DNA of 64,000 nt from positions 44,422 to 108,421 of the IMG/VR virus record IMGVR_UViG_2706794911_000004. The stretch is one strand, 5' to 3'. The notes beneath the pieces are model-generated. The model had not been told where the DNA came from. It did not search any database and was given only the letters and a program-made list of their open reading frames with translations. Position 1 is the first letter of the stretch. Each line of letters starts with the position of its first letter. A program made the translations under genes and the position numbers. Positions 19,894-30,508 of this stretch are shown in pieces. This DNA comes from a virus (lineage: Duplodnaviria; Caudoviricetes).

Positions 19894-20327
19894 TATTCAT
19901 CACGCTCCATCTTGGCTAACGCCATTAATGCAGAGTCAGGGACTACCACTTCGACAGTTTCAATGTTTGCTAATGCGTGTTCAAATAGACCTAAAAACTC
20001 AGCAGCTAGTGCCTGCCAATCAACTTTACTACGCTCCCAGCTAACTTCAATAGTGGATACCTTATGCTTCAGTCTGTTAGCCATAGTAAGGCATAGTAAG
20101 TAGCTCATGTAGTACTGGACAGCGGCCTCTAGGAACATTAGATCAGATTCATCTGTTATCGTACTATAGGCAGGTACTCTCTTGATTACCATACTTTCTG
20201 ATAAACCCGCCACCCCTTTAGATTGGATGGATTGATCAGAGAGCTCGCTCTTCTTAACACTTAGTTTAGACCTTACCTCAGTTTCAAAGCCCTCTGTTAG
20301 TATTTTTGGCTCATACATTAGTAACAC
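19893..20327 (-). CDS. Head-tail adaptor
   Basis: Helical 144 aa protein after the capsid genes. Confidence 0.55.
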   Translation of the reverse strand: MLLMYEPKILTEGFETEVRSKLSVKKSELSDQSIQSKGVAGLSESMVIKRVPAYSTITDESDLMFLEAAVQYYMSYLLCLTMANRLKHKVSTIEVSWERSKVDWQALAAEFLGLFEHALANIETVEVVVPDSALMALAKMERDE

Positions 20328-20330
20328 GTC

Positions 20331-20801
20331 CTAACATAAATAGGTTATAGAAATAACAGGTCTGCTGCTTGAGCTTATTTTAAATGGGTCACCTGAGTCA
20401 TATAGAGTGCTTTCACCTGGCATTAAGGGTATAGGGCCCGCATTGTCATTAAACTCTACCTGTGCAGATCCTCCGTACCTTACGTCTATTACAACACGCT
20501 TGGTGCCGTTCATTGGCGTAAAAGTCTTTTGCTCATTTAACCTAGGCTGATACGTGAACTGGCATATCTCTATCATTTCATACTGAATTTCACCTTCGTT
20601 TGATTCCGCAGCACTATTACATATTTCACCAACACTATCACTTTCGCGAACACCCTTATCATATTCACCAACTTGTGTATCAGTTTCTTTATTTATACAA
20701 TCACTTAACATTTCTTCTAGTTTAGTGTTCGGCATCCTTTTAAGCTTAGACATCTCATAACCGTACTGTGTTAGCTTACTTATAAGCTCTTGCTTAATCA
20801 A
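20331..20801 (-). CDS. Hypothetical head-associated protein
   Basis: ORF with GGGGG RBS downstream of the MCP. Confidence 0.5.
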   Translation of the reverse strand: MIKQELISKLTQYGYEMSKLKRMPNTKLEEMLSDCINKETDTQVGEYDKGVRESDSVGEICNSAAESNEGEIQYEMIEICQFTYQPRLNEQKTFTPMNGTKRVVIDVRYGGSAQVEFNDNAGPIPLMPGESTLYDSGDPFKISSSSRPVISITYLC

Positions 20802-20821
20802 AACTATCTACCCCCTTGTAA

Positions 20822-20850
20822 AAAGACCACTACTTGTGTAGTGGCTCTCT
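20822..20850 (-). terminator. Terminator after major capsid gene
   Basis: CCACTAC/GTAGTGG stem followed by TCTTTT on the minus strand. Confidence 0.55.
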
Positions 20851-20855
20851 AGTTA

Positions 20856-21839
20856 TTATGAAAAAGTACCTAGCGGAACTACCGCATCTGAAAACAAGAA
20901 GCCTGCCACATTTGAAATCATTCTCTGGTCAAACCATCTTTCAGCCTCAACAACAGTAGCCCTTCTACTAGTCTCATACCACTTTCTAACCTGTACTGGC
21001 CCCGCCCCATCTTTATTCCACATAAAGCTGTATGCCAAGGCAGCAGTTTTCTTACCTGGTCTACTAGGAATATAAGCAAGTACTACTGAATTACCCCAGA
21101 TGTAATCTAAAGGCTCTAACTGTCCTGCCTCAACTTGACCAGGGTTATTAACACTGGACACAAGAGCTGAACCGACCAAAATCTGGTCTACCCCAAAAGC
21201 TGTAGACATTAAGTCAGTGGTAACAATACCTTTCTGCACATACTTTATGATGTCTACTAATTTAGGATGTAGCTTTAAAACATTCATAACAGGCTCTGAC
21301 ATGATAATAGTATTTGCTCTTAGCCCAGACTTCTTATGAATAGCTTCTCTAGCTTTTTGAACGTCTAAAATAGGGTCAGAATTTGTGTAGTCAGACCACT
21401 TAGCTGGAGCACCCGCTGCACCCAAAGTGATTCTAAGATCAGCGTGGTATGCATTAGGATTCAGCACCTTGTTAGCCGCGTCCACTTCCTTGTTCATGAG
21501 AATACCCTCAGTAACTAATTCTGTACCCTCAGTTTCTAGGTTAAACTCATCATCGGCATTTTGCTTTTCTTCGTCGGCGATTGCATGTCTTAAAGCATGG
21601 CCCTCAGCAAAGTAAGACTCATCTGAGAATGTCCAGTTGATCTCGTTTGCTTCTGTACCAGGTGCTCTGTGGTCATCATTAGTTCTGAACCTTTCCATAC
21701 CATAAACATAGAATCTGTCAGATTGCTTGTTTACTACTATAGGTTTAAAAATCTTATCTCCAATATACTGCTCATTGCTGTACCCAATAGAAATGTTGGA
21801 CAGAGCTTTGTCTATATGAAGTCTTTGTACTACTGGCAT
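20856..21839 (-). CDS. Major capsid protein
   Basis: IDKALSNISIGYSN...RAPGTEANEI...WSDYTNSDPILDV, gpE-like capsid pattern. Confidence 0.9.
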   Translation of the reverse strand: MPVVQRLHIDKALSNISIGYSNEQYIGDKIFKPIVVNKQSDRFYVYGMERFRTNDDHRAPGTEANEINWTFSDESYFAEGHALRHAIADEEKQNADDEFNLETEGTELVTEGILMNKEVDAANKVLNPNAYHADLRITLGAAGAPAKWSDYTNSDPILDVQKAREAIHKKSGLRANTIIMSEPVMNVLKLHPKLVDIIKYVQKGIVTTDLMSTAFGVDQILVGSALVSSVNNPGQVEAGQLEPLDYIWGNSVVLAYIPSRPGKKTAALAYSFMWNKDGAGPVQVRKWYETSRRATVVEAERWFDQRMISNVAGFLFSDAVVPLGTFS

Positions 21840-21868
21840 CTACGTCACCTCAACTCTCCAAAAATTTA

Positions 21869-22282
21869 TTATATCGTAATTACGTGGTAAGCCATTCTAA
21901 CAGGAATAACGTCACCATCCTCGGCCGCCTTCTCTGCAAAACCTAAAACATTGTATGTTCCTGCATCACTCGGTATAGCCTTAGCTACCCCGCCAGCACC
22001 TAGTATTACCCTACTCATAGCAGGTATGACCCCACTAGCCTTGATAGAAGCAATGCCCTCAAGTTTTACAGCAACATTTCTGTTAGTCTGGCTGCCGCCC
22101 GCACTAAAAGCAGAATCATTAGCTCTCTCATCGTTATCTATAACACCTAAAGGTATCTCATTGTCAGCAGTAGGCTTCTTGCACTTATTCTCACCAGAAT
22201 GTACTACCCCAGTATATAGCTTAACACCGTCTGTATCTTCAATCTGATAAGTCTTTTGAAGTCTTGTAAATTGACCCGCCAT
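21869..22282 (-). CDS. Capsid cement/decoration protein (DUF2190-like)
   Basis: Gly/Ala-rich; VLGFAEKAAEDGDVIPV; immediately upstream of the MCP. Confidence 0.7.
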   Translation of the reverse strand: MAGQFTRLQKTYQIEDTDGVKLYTGVVHSGENKCKKPTADNEIPLGVIDNDERANDSAFSAGGSQTNRNVAVKLEGIASIKASGVIPAMSRVILGAGGVAKAIPSDAGTYNVLGFAEKAAEDGDVIPVRMAYHVITI

Positions 22283-23715
22283 TATTCTTCATTCCTTTCT
22301 TTCAACTGCGCGTACACAATTTTAGTAGCTTCCCCTATAGAAACTTTATTCTCAGTGGCATACTTAGCTGCCTCCGCCGCCACATGATCCCTAAACTCCT
22401 GCTCATCCTCAAAGTCTTCTTTAGTAAGATTCTGACCTTTCTCACCTTTAACTCTAGTTGTACTGATCTTAGTACCCTCAAACTTGCTCTTTACTTCTTT
22501 CTCAAAGCCTTGTGCGACTTCTTTGATTTCATCGATAGAAAGAGTACCCAAGAACCTTTCATACATAGCCTTGTTGAAAGCATTACCTTGTGCTCTAACA
22601 CCTAATTCTAATGTAGAAGTTGTTAAATCACTTCGATAAGTGTCCGCAAGACCTGCTTTCTCAGTCAACTTTTCATTCTCAGTAGTTAGCTCTGCAATTG
22701 TAGCATTCTTAGCTTCAATAGACTTCTCTAAGTCAATCTTGCTATCTGTGAGTTCAGTTACAGATGTTTCATGCTCTGAGATTTTAGCCTCGTACTCGCC
22801 CACCTTAGTATTTAGATCACTAAGCTGAACATCAACGTCTGACTTATACTTTTTCAACGAAGCAACAAACTCTTCGGGCTTATCAGACTGCAAACCAAAT
22901 ACAGATTTAATTTGTTCTAGAAATTGCTTAAAATCCAACTCTTCACTCCCTTTCATATTCCTTTCTGGTGTATCGGTAAAAAATACCGGGCCATCTTTTG
23001 AGTAGTACATTGATATAATACTCTCCAGAGGAACATTCTTTATATTATCTACTACATATAGGTTAGTCCCCTTATCAAATTCCTTAACACTTTCAGTAGA
23101 AAAATTACGAACAATACTTGCTCTGTCACACGCCCCCGCGTACACCAGAGAGTTTTCAAGTAATTCACCCTCACCATCCTCACCTACAATTACAAGACAT
23201 GTAACAGCTTCGTCACCTTGATCAGTCTCAACGACATACTTTCTACCAGGTATATGCTCACATTTCCACCACTGTCTTATGTCGTTACCACAGATACTGC
23301 ACTCAAAAGTCTTGGCGTTAAAACCTATAGACGTATCAAAAATTGTACCTGCATCTATGCCTTTTGAGACATCATCTGTAGTCATGCCACTTTCGGTGTT
23401 CCTGCCTAAATCCATGTAAAAGCTACCATAGACAGACTTAATAAGGTCGCCACCCTCAGTTTCTTCCTCCACCAGTCTTGCATCAAAAGACCTACCTATA
23501 GGTAACTTACAATTATCGTGTGACATCAGGAGCCCTACGCCCCTGTTGGCATCTTTAGTAAACTTGCGTAACAAATTCTCATGAACAGTTGAGTAATAAG
23601 ACGTAACGCCTGTATCAATCATCAAATCATCAAAGACATAAGTGTTTTCCTCAGTAAGAGGCACCATTGAAAATTTATTAATCTTCTCCAGTTGTTGTGC
23701 TGTTGGTTTTGGCAT
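22282..23715 (-). CDS. Prohead protease fused to coiled-coil scaffold
   Basis: LMSHD, DTSIGF, CSICG...CEHIPG, ENSLVYAGA; C-terminal coiled coil. Confidence 0.8.
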   Translation of the reverse strand: MPKPTAQQLEKINKFSMVPLTEENTYVFDDLMIDTGVTSYYSTVHENLLRKFTKDANRGVGLLMSHDNCKLPIGRSFDARLVEEETEGGDLIKSVYGSFYMDLGRNTESGMTTDDVSKGIDAGTIFDTSIGFNAKTFECSICGNDIRQWWKCEHIPGRKYVVETDQGDEAVTCLVIVGEDGEGELLENSLVYAGACDRASIVRNFSTESVKEFDKGTNLYVVDNIKNVPLESIISMYYSKDGPVFFTDTPERNMKGSEELDFKQFLEQIKSVFGLQSDKPEEFVASLKKYKSDVDVQLSDLNTKVGEYEAKISEHETSVTELTDSKIDLEKSIEAKNATIAELTTENEKLTEKAGLADTYRSDLTTSTLELGVRAQGNAFNKAMYERFLGTLSIDEIKEVAQGFEKEVKSKFEGTKISTTRVKGEKGQNLTKEDFEDEQEFRDHVAAEAAKYATENKVSIGEATKIVYAQLKERNEE

Positions 23716-23730
23716 TTATTCATCTCCTCT

Positions 23731-25200
23731 CTATTCTTCGGTATTTCCGCCCGCCTGTGGGTTAGTGTCTGTAGTACCCGCAGGTGTTTCACCATCACCA
23801 TTAGTGGGGGTTGTATTGTCTATAGGCCCATCAGCTACTGGGGCGTGGCCTACTGCCAGCTTAGCTGCTTCCTTTTGGTCTATCCAACCTTGATCACGCA
23901 TAAATTGTATATTTATAAGTTTAGTCTGCCTAAACTGTTCCTGTTCGAGGTCACTACGAATTTCTGACGGCTTAAATTTAAACTCAACAACACCTTGAAG
24001 TCCCTTAATATTCAAGAAAAGTGTCAAAGCCCTGCTTATAACTCGCTCTACTACATTTTGGATACCTTCTATACCCTTCAAGTAAAGCTTAATCTCAAGC
24101 TTTGCAAATGACTCAGTGTTACCTGTAGACCTTCTTCCTAGTATAGTAGATAGTGTCTTTAAACCTGCTGTCACTAGACCATCTAAAGCACTCATTAGCT
24201 TATCTGGATCTATCATCGCCCCGCCACCTTTACCACCACCAGCAGTATCTACTGTCACTGAATTAAAGTGTACAAAGGCATCATCCGGGTCTAAGTTATT
24301 ATACATGTTAATAATCTCATTTAACTTATCACTTAACCACTTTTGCTTCTTTGCTTCGTTACTCCTGATACCTATGGGCATACGGTTTAAAAGAACTTCT
24401 TCGAGAATCGTAACATCAAACCTGGGGTAGCCTTGATTGTGAACAACTGCTTTTATATCGTTTAACACTTGAAGTTGAAATAACACTATGTTTAGTGCAC
24501 CTAGTATTGGTGATCTACCATACGGGTCATCAACCATAGCGTCTAATTCCTCGTAGAAAAATGTAGGACTGTCTAAAGATATGCTCTCATCATCTTGATA
24601 CGGCACGTATCTGTCATTCTCAAACAAAAAGTCTACAGTAACAGGGTCTACAGGAGCTAAGAAAGCCACATCATCTAAACCGTCTGTTAAAACTAGTTCC
24701 ATAGATGCCGCCCCACGTACAACTGTTGTAAGTATTAGTTGATTTAACACTTTACGTATATCTCTAGAGCTCTGAAACTGTTCAACATTCGGTTGTGCCA
24801 GTCTCTTAATAAGTAGATCAACTTCTTCCTTACCCTGCTCAAATTCGTCATCATTTTCTACATTAGTGACACTAATAACGTACTCTGAGTTAGCCAGTCT
24901 GACAAAGTTCCAGACAGCAAATGACACATCTGGATGAGCATCTATAAGTGCATCAGTCAAATCTTCTACTGAGGATTTACCTAACTGCTTGTCATCTAGT
25001 TCTAGATCCTGCTGTGTTTTCCTAGGTAAAGCACCAAAACTACCGCCGCCCCCAATCGTAAAGCGGGGGATAGTAGTCCTAGAACCACCAAAATCTGGGA
25101 CAGAATCATACTCAGGAGTATTTGAAGTGGATATTTCACCACTTGCATAGCTAGTTTTTATATTCTTAATAACACTGCCTAATTTGGTCAAAAATTTCAC
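23731..25200 (-). CDS. Portal protein
   Basis: 489 aa; DDPYGRSPI motif; position. Confidence 0.85.
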   Translation of the reverse strand: MKFLTKLGSVIKNIKTSYASGEISTSNTPEYDSVPDFGGSRTTIPRFTIGGGGSFGALPRKTQQDLELDDKQLGKSSVEDLTDALIDAHPDVSFAVWNFVRLANSEYVISVTNVENDDEFEQGKEEVDLLIKRLAQPNVEQFQSSRDIRKVLNQLILTTVVRGAASMELVLTDGLDDVAFLAPVDPVTVDFLFENDRYVPYQDDESISLDSPTFFYEELDAMVDDPYGRSPILGALNIVLFQLQVLNDIKAVVHNQGYPRFDVTILEEVLLNRMPIGIRSNEAKKQKWLSDKLNEIINMYNNLDPDDAFVHFNSVTVDTAGGGKGGGAMIDPDKLMSALDGLVTAGLKTLSTILGRRSTGNTESFAKLEIKLYLKGIEGIQNVVERVISRALTLFLNIKGLQGVVEFKFKPSEIRSDLEQEQFRQTKLINIQFMRDQGWIDQKEAAKLAVGHAPVADGPIDNTTPTNGDGETPAGTTDTNPQAGGNTEE

Positions 25201-25220
25201 TGATTCACCCCCCTACGCAC

Positions 25221-25251
25221 TTAGTATAGGTACAAACTGTAAAAACGTAAC
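25221..25251 (-). promoter_or_regulatory. Putative late promoter GTTACG-TTTTTA-N9-CCTATACTA
   Basis: Similar motif at 28165..28194 and 30538..30566; upstream of the portal RBS. Confidence 0.5.
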
Positions 25252-25276
25252 GCAAAATAAAAACTTTTTTAGCTAC

Positions 25277-25305
25277 TTAACTTGTCTAAGTTTGTAAGGT
25301 ATATA
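25277..25305 (+). promoter_or_regulatory. Phage promoter motif TTAAC-N16-GGTATATA
   Basis: Upstream of the DnaC-like gene. Confidence 0.7.
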
Positions 25306-25366
25306 ACTATAAGAAAATGAAACAGTTTGCAGAAAGCAAAATTAACCTAGAAAGGGGATTGTATGA

Positions 25367-26083
25367 GTGAGATACTCTAAATGTAATGATTGTGTATTTA
25401 GTCACAGATGTGATATGAAAGGCAAAGAAGGTATAATACAAGAAGAAAGGGGTAGACTTTTTCAGTGTGCTATTTGTCATAAGTATAACGCAGTAAATGA
25501 ATGTTATAATGGAATGAATATCCCCCCGATATATAAAGAAGCTAGTATAGCTAATATATACAAAGAAAGATTGAAGGATTTATTTAATGAACTCTTTACC
25601 CCACCCACCAAAATATTTGATGAAAGGTTAAATATTATATTACATGGTACCATGATGGGAGCAGGTAAAACATATGCTGGCTGTGCAATGTTAAATGAGT
25701 TCCTGTACTTTATAATAGAGCATATTAACTTATTAGCATTAAAAAAAGATAAAGAGATAAGTGAACTAGACCCTATATACTTTATAAGATTCAGGGACCT
25801 ATCAGAGCAGGCAAGAAACTTTAGATTCGACTATGAGACAAAAGAAATGCTTAGAAAAGCTAAGGAATCTTGGTTAGTCTTGCTAGACGATGTTGAGGTA
25901 ACTCCTGACGATATACACTCAATAAACCTATTATCAGACATTATAGAGTCTAGATACAACATAGGTAAGCCCACTATAATAACTACAAGTATGGACGATA
26001 TAATCGACATCGAAGCAATGTTTACAGCTAAAGCATGGTCTAGATTAAATAATAATATTAAGATAATGAGACTCACAAAATAG
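25367..26083 (+). CDS. DnaC/IstB-like helicase loader ATPase
   Basis: N-terminal Cys cluster; Walker A GTMMGAGKT; Walker B LVLLDD; RYNIGKPTIITTS. Confidence 0.85.
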   Translation: MRYSKCNDCVFSHRCDMKGKEGIIQEERGRLFQCAICHKYNAVNECYNGMNIPPIYKEASIANIYKERLKDLFNELFTPPTKIFDERLNIILHGTMMGAGKTYAGCAMLNEFLYFIIEHINLLALKKDKEISELDPIYFIRFRDLSEQARNFRFDYETKEMLRKAKESWLVLLDDVEVTPDDIHSINLLSDIIESRYNIGKPTIITTSMDDIIDIEAMFTAKAWSRLNNNIKIMRLTK

Positions 26084-26093
26084 CTACTACTTG

Positions 26094-26121
26094 AAGGCCC
26101 CTCACCTAGAGGGGCTTATTT
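26094..26121. terminator. Bidirectional terminator between convergent replication genes
   Basis: GCCCCTC/GAGGGGC stem. Confidence 0.6.
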
Positions 26122-26122
26122 A

Positions 26123-27508
26123 CTAGAATTCATAGTAATCTACTTTAACTTCCCTATTATTAGGGACACTGGAGTGGTCTGTATCCTTCTGAAACAGCTT
26201 ATGCGTATTCTTAGCTTTCCACTGTTCACCTAAATACATATTATAAACGCCCTTTATTATAAAATTATTTAGCTTATATGGGTACTTTCCCCCCGCCTTT
26301 TCTACATTTTTAAAAGAGTCAAGTAGGTCATTTAGAGAATATTTCTCTCTTGCCTCCACATAACTATCTAAAAACTCACTAGTCATGTCACTATTAGTCA
26401 TTTTAGTAAAAGGATATGCTTTATTAATACCTTTTAGCTCTTCCCTTAACAGCTCTTCACCTATACCTAACTTATCAGCATATATCTTCAAGGACTTCTC
26501 ACTACTAGACTTCTTTTTGGTGGCGGGCTTAGGATAGCCTCTATTAATAATATTTTCAATAATATCTACACTAACGAAACTAGTAGGACACATTAACTTA
26601 TTAGTACCCTCTTCAAGTTGTTTAAGGTACATATCTAAAGCCTTCATTATATCGTTATGAGTATAAGCCTTTACACAATCAATATAACCTAAATAGAAGT
26701 TCCTTAACTTACTGCCTTCCTTGAGAGACATTCTATTAGGGATAATATCTAATAGCTCAAGACTATTCTCTATAACATCTAGAGTAGTATGCTTCATCAA
26801 GTAGCTAAATAGAGCATCATCACCTACAAACATTGGAGGTCTTTTCAATTGAATTTCATTATCATCTGCCCCCTCCTTAGATTTCTGGGGTAAAATAATA
26901 CTATTTTCTAAATGCGAAGCATTATCAGTTGTGCTAACACTATAGGCTATAGGAGAATTATTTTCTGCTACCTTTAGCTCATCGTTTAACTTATTTCCAT
27001 AATTATCCATATGACCTGTATGTTTTGTATGTTTAGAAGAAGTCTCTGAAGAAGTCTCTGTATTACTAGAGCTAGTCAATTTGACAAATTGGCTTTGGCA
27101 ATCTGACAAATTGGCTTTGTCATTTTGACTAAGGGGAATTGTTAATCCGAGAACATTTTCAGTATTTTTAAAGATATCATCTAGCACTTTATAATCAATT
27201 CTATACCACTTCGTTCTGTCAGAGGCAACAAGGTTATATTTGTCACTTGTTATTAGCAGTTTCTTAGTCTCCAGTTTTTTTATAGCTCTGACAATGGTGC
27301 TGTTACTCCAGAATGGGAAGTTCTTTTCCCATTCTACGTAGCTATTATACGTCCAATAGTAACCATCTCTTAAATTGCTGTTTTTTGCTTTATTTTTTAG
27401 TACCCAGTAGTTAATTTGTTGTAATATTATAGCCTCGTTTAGACCTATCTCAGCCGCTAGTTCTGGTATTACTACCAATGGTTGGGAGTCTAATAATATT
27501 TTACTCAA
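26123..27508 (-). CDS. Phage replication initiator protein
   Basis: LAAEIGLNEAIILQQINYW...WTYNSYVEW...FPFWS...DRTKWYRIDY N-terminal family motif. Confidence 0.85.
   Translation of the reverse strand: MSKILLDSQPLVVIPELAAEIGLNEAIILQQINYWVLKNKAKNSNLRDGYYWTYNSYVEWEKNFPFWSNSTIVRAIKKLETKKLLITSDKYNLVASDRTKWYRIDYKVLDDIFKNTENVLGLTIPLSQNDKANLSDCQSQFVKLTSSSNTETSSETSSKHTKHTGHMDNYGNKLNDELKVAENNSPIAYSVSTTDNASHLENSIILPQKSKEGADDNEIQLKRPPMFVGDDALFSYLMKHTTLDVIENSLELLDIIPNRMSLKEGSKLRNFYLGYIDCVKAYTHNDIMKALDMYLKQLEEGTNKLMCPTSFVSVDIIENIINRGYPKPATKKKSSSEKSLKIYADKLGIGEELLREELKGINKAYPFTKMTNSDMTSEFLDSYVEAREKYSLNDLLDSFKNVEKAGGKYPYKLNNFIIKGVYNMYLGEQWKAKNTHKLFQKDTDHSSVPNNREVKVDYYEF
27075..27129. repeat. Iteron-like repeats inside the initiator gene (putative origin)
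   Basis: GTCAATTTGAC / GGCAATCTGAC / GTCATTTTGAC at a 22-bp period; TGACAAATTGGCTTTG at 27082 and 27104. Confidence 0.65.
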
Positions 27509-28055
27509 TATAGTCCCCTCCCACGTACTGCCTATTTTTACGCTCTGTGTTGACTTTATACCCGCCCTCTGCTGGCTTTATGATCTTACCTGTTGAAAGT
27601 GCATTATCCATTGCTTCAACTACGTTGCAAAACAGGTAGCTTCCATCATACAGTCTGGGTAATCCGCACTCCCTCTCTAGCAAGTTCATCACATTACCAT
27701 CTGCTCTGTACTTATCCCTGAGTTTTGATCTAGCTATAGTTGCGTTACATCTATTTATATAATTATTGTAAACAGGCTTGAATCTGTTCACTTGGTATGC
27801 CCATAGTGCATCCAGTGACTCTGGTTCTACTAATGTTATATAGTAGCTGTCAGCTTCTATGTCTTTAGCTTTAGCTAGTACTGAAGCTAAGCCAGTAACT
27901 GACCTCCCTATATATATAATTTGGTTGTCCTTAATAAGGAAGTACACCATGTTAAGATTTCCCAACGTATCAATACTGCTACTCTTTTCCAGTATAACCT
28001 CTAAGGATTCTTTCATCGCAGTACCTGCAATTTCTTTCATCTTGTTTTTTTCCAT
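27501..28055 (-). CDS. GIY-YIG-like domain protein
   Basis: VYFLIKDNQIIYIGRS; FKPVYN. Confidence 0.55.
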   Translation of the reverse strand: MEKNKMKEIAGTAMKESLEVILEKSSSIDTLGNLNMVYFLIKDNQIIYIGRSVTGLASVLAKAKDIEADSYYITLVEPESLDALWAYQVNRFKPVYNNYINRCNATIARSKLRDKYRADGNVMNLLERECGLPRLYDGSYLFCNVVEAMDNALSTGKIIKPAEGGYKVNTERKNRQYVGGDYIE

Positions 28056-28164
28056 AAAAATACACCCCCGATAAATTTTTAGTTCTCCGTATTTTAAAAA
28101 TGGTGGGGCGGGTGGTTACGGAGGATCACCACTTTTTTCGATAGCTAGTCTAGCCCCACATAAA

Positions 28165-28194
28165 TAGTATAGGTCAGTCTTGTAAAAATCTAAC
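28165..28194 (-). promoter_or_regulatory. Putative late promoter motif
   Basis: GTTAGA-TTTTTA-N9-CCTATACTA. Confidence 0.45.
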
Positions 28195-28201
28195 CTATTT
28201 T

Positions 28202-28230
28202 TATATACCCGAAAAACTTTATTTTGTTAA
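28202..28230 (-). promoter_or_regulatory. Phage promoter motif TTAAC-N16-GGTATATA
   Basis: Upstream of the GIY-YIG/initiator operon. Confidence 0.7.
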
Positions 28231-28232
28231 GC

Positions 28233-29951
28233 TTATCTCCTGTTATTAGCACCTGCTATAATCGGCATACTCCAATTCTCTACTGCTTCTGGTTCATCTG
28301 TTGAACAAATCCATGCCGCCCCGCACCTAGCATCTGAGAAGTCTTTGCTACCACCTTTCTTTACTGGCGGGTGGTCTATTTTATTTCCATTAATTAACTG
28401 AATATACTTTAATTCCTCATTAGCATTTCTACGCTTATCTTCCGGGTCATCTATCGTATGATCCAGTAGCTCTATATTAGACGTATATATTAGCCCTTTT
28501 AGATTCTGGTATATCTGTACTTGGAATGGGTTAGAGAAGTTTTTGTCTTCCGCGTCCACCCCGTACATCATCAACCTCTGCACTACATCTGCAGAGTTAA
28601 ATTTATCAAATATAGCCTTTTTAACAAATACCTGTGTGCATATCTGCTCCAGTATATCTGCTACATTTAGTAAGTCTACTGGTAACCTGTCTTTTTTGGA
28701 TGGCTTCCATTCTATGAGTAAATCCTCTACAGGTTTGTTTACCCATTTACTTACTGTCTCCCCCTCCTCAGTTACTTCTATGAGGGTGGGCTCCCCATGC
28801 ATTAAACAAATCGCATAACTGTCTGTATTTACCCCACCGTCCCCGCCAATGTAGTAAGTGTAAGCAGGGTCAAGTACAAGATTATGCAACTGTAATCCAG
28901 TAAAATGCTTCTGTACCCCATTATGGAGGGTGCGGGTGGTGATAACCTCTTCTATTATTAAACCAGAACATTGTGCTTTCTTACCCAGTTGTATTGCATC
29001 ATCTATACGCTCTGGGAACTTAAATAATCCCTCTGCATATTTAGGTGCTATACACTCGTACTTAAGGGCAGAGCCTTCAGGGTCCCTTTCGTAGTCTTTC
29101 TGTAAGCTTTCCCTGCTAATAGTTGGATTAACCTCCCAAGAGGCACCTGTTATACCGTATACTTGCGGATCTGTAAATGACTCATTAAACTTCATGTTCA
29201 TCATGTCCCCCTCATGGCGGGGGTAACTAATGAAAATTAGTAAAATATTATTATTATACCTCGATAGCGCAGACGACCTTAATATTGAATATGAGTCCTC
29301 CGCTTTCTCTGGTTCAAATCCTGCAATCTCGTCAAATATTACAACCAATGGGTTGAAACCCTCAAAAGAGTCTGCCTCGGAGTGGGCGGAGTGGGCGGTT
29401 ATGTTCTTATAAAATCTTACTTGATTTTTAGTTGTCTGGAACTCGTTAGGTAATGCACCTGGTGTTTCAGCGGGATTGTATAGTACCTTCTTAAACCATC
29501 CACAGTTAGTGAGGCGGGCCTTGAACTTCTTAAAAAATACACTGTTAGCTTGGTACGCATTAATTGCTACGTTAATAACGTCGATTGGTTCATCTTGGCC
29601 GAAGTTGAAATAACCTTGAGGGTCATTCATGCAACACAGAATATAACACATATATGCCAAAATTCCACTGGCAAGAAAGTCCTTACCACTACCTTTTCCC
29701 AGCATGCATGCGATTTCTGTTATTTGTTGTAATGTTTCATCACAAGCTGTTTTATCGCCTGTAAGTTTATACTGGATCACATCGTTTACCACTTCAAGTA
29801 ACTCTGTTTGCTTTCCAGGGTAGGGGGATTCACCTAAATAATCTTTGCTTTTAAAGAAAGTAACTAGATCAACTGGGTCCTCTCGCCATGCACCAGTTTT
29901 TACTATATTATTCTCAGCTAGATTAATAAAATCTTGTAATAAGTTCTTCAT
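28233..29951 (-). CDS. terL: Terminase large subunit
   Basis: Walker A GKGSGKD; Walker B VVIFDE; nuclease GGDGG...DS; DHP...GSKDFSDA. Confidence 0.92.
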   Translation of the reverse strand: MKNLLQDFINLAENNIVKTGAWREDPVDLVTFFKSKDYLGESPYPGKQTELLEVVNDVIQYKLTGDKTACDETLQQITEIACMLGKGSGKDFLASGILAYMCYILCCMNDPQGYFNFGQDEPIDVINVAINAYQANSVFFKKFKARLTNCGWFKKVLYNPAETPGALPNEFQTTKNQVRFYKNITAHSAHSEADSFEGFNPLVVIFDEIAGFEPEKAEDSYSILRSSALSRYNNNILLIFISYPRHEGDMMNMKFNESFTDPQVYGITGASWEVNPTISRESLQKDYERDPEGSALKYECIAPKYAEGLFKFPERIDDAIQLGKKAQCSGLIIEEVITTRTLHNGVQKHFTGLQLHNLVLDPAYTYYIGGDGGVNTDSYAICLMHGEPTLIEVTEEGETVSKWVNKPVEDLLIEWKPSKKDRLPVDLLNVADILEQICTQVFVKKAIFDKFNSADVVQRLMMYGVDAEDKNFSNPFQVQIYQNLKGLIYTSNIELLDHTIDDPEDKRRNANEELKYIQLINGNKIDHPPVKKGGSKDFSDARCGAAWICSTDEPEAVENWSMPIIAGANNRR

Positions 29952-30508
29952 CTGCCACCACCACCGAACATATCACCAAACCACTTAGTACCTTTTTTAT
30001 TTTTTAATTTATCTATTATAATAGGTATTGCTTCGGGTGAAACCTCTTTTACTGTTTCCATGATAATTTCCATAAACTGTTTTATGTTGTCATAGTCACT
30101 AATTTCTCTCTGTATCTCTATCATTAGCTTTAGTGTTTCCCGCATCTCACCTGAAATAGCCTTAAAGTGATGTGGATTCATTACCCTACCTTTGTCTGCT
30201 GCTGCTTCTTCCATAGTGTCAAGTATATTTCTTGCTTTACTATACAAGTCAGAAGTCTCACGCACTATATCTATATTGTTATTTACAACTTCTACTAGTC
30301 TTTTTTCGTTACTTTTTACTACTTCCTTGCTTATTCCCGCCACCTTTTCAATAAACCTACTAACAGTGGCTGCACTTAATTCCTCACCATCAGGCAGCTT
30401 ACCAGAAGATGTTATCTCATCTACAATTTGTCTGTATGTTAACCCACTGTAGTATAGAGAAGCTATTTCTTCTTCTAGTTTGTACTTCTCTATTTTAGAT
30501 TGTGCCAT
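29948..30508 (-). CDS. Probable terminase small subunit
   Basis: N-terminal HTH (GLTYRQIV...SAATVSRF), helical, coupled to terL. Confidence 0.7.
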   Translation of the reverse strand: MAQSKIEKYKLEEEIASLYYSGLTYRQIVDEITSSGKLPDGEELSAATVSRFIEKVAGISKEVVKSNEKRLVEVVNNNIDIVRETSDLYSKARNILDTMEEAAADKGRVMNPHHFKAISGEMRETLKLMIEIQREISDYDNIKQFMEIIMETVKEVSPEAIPIIIDKLKNKKGTKWFGDMFGGGGR

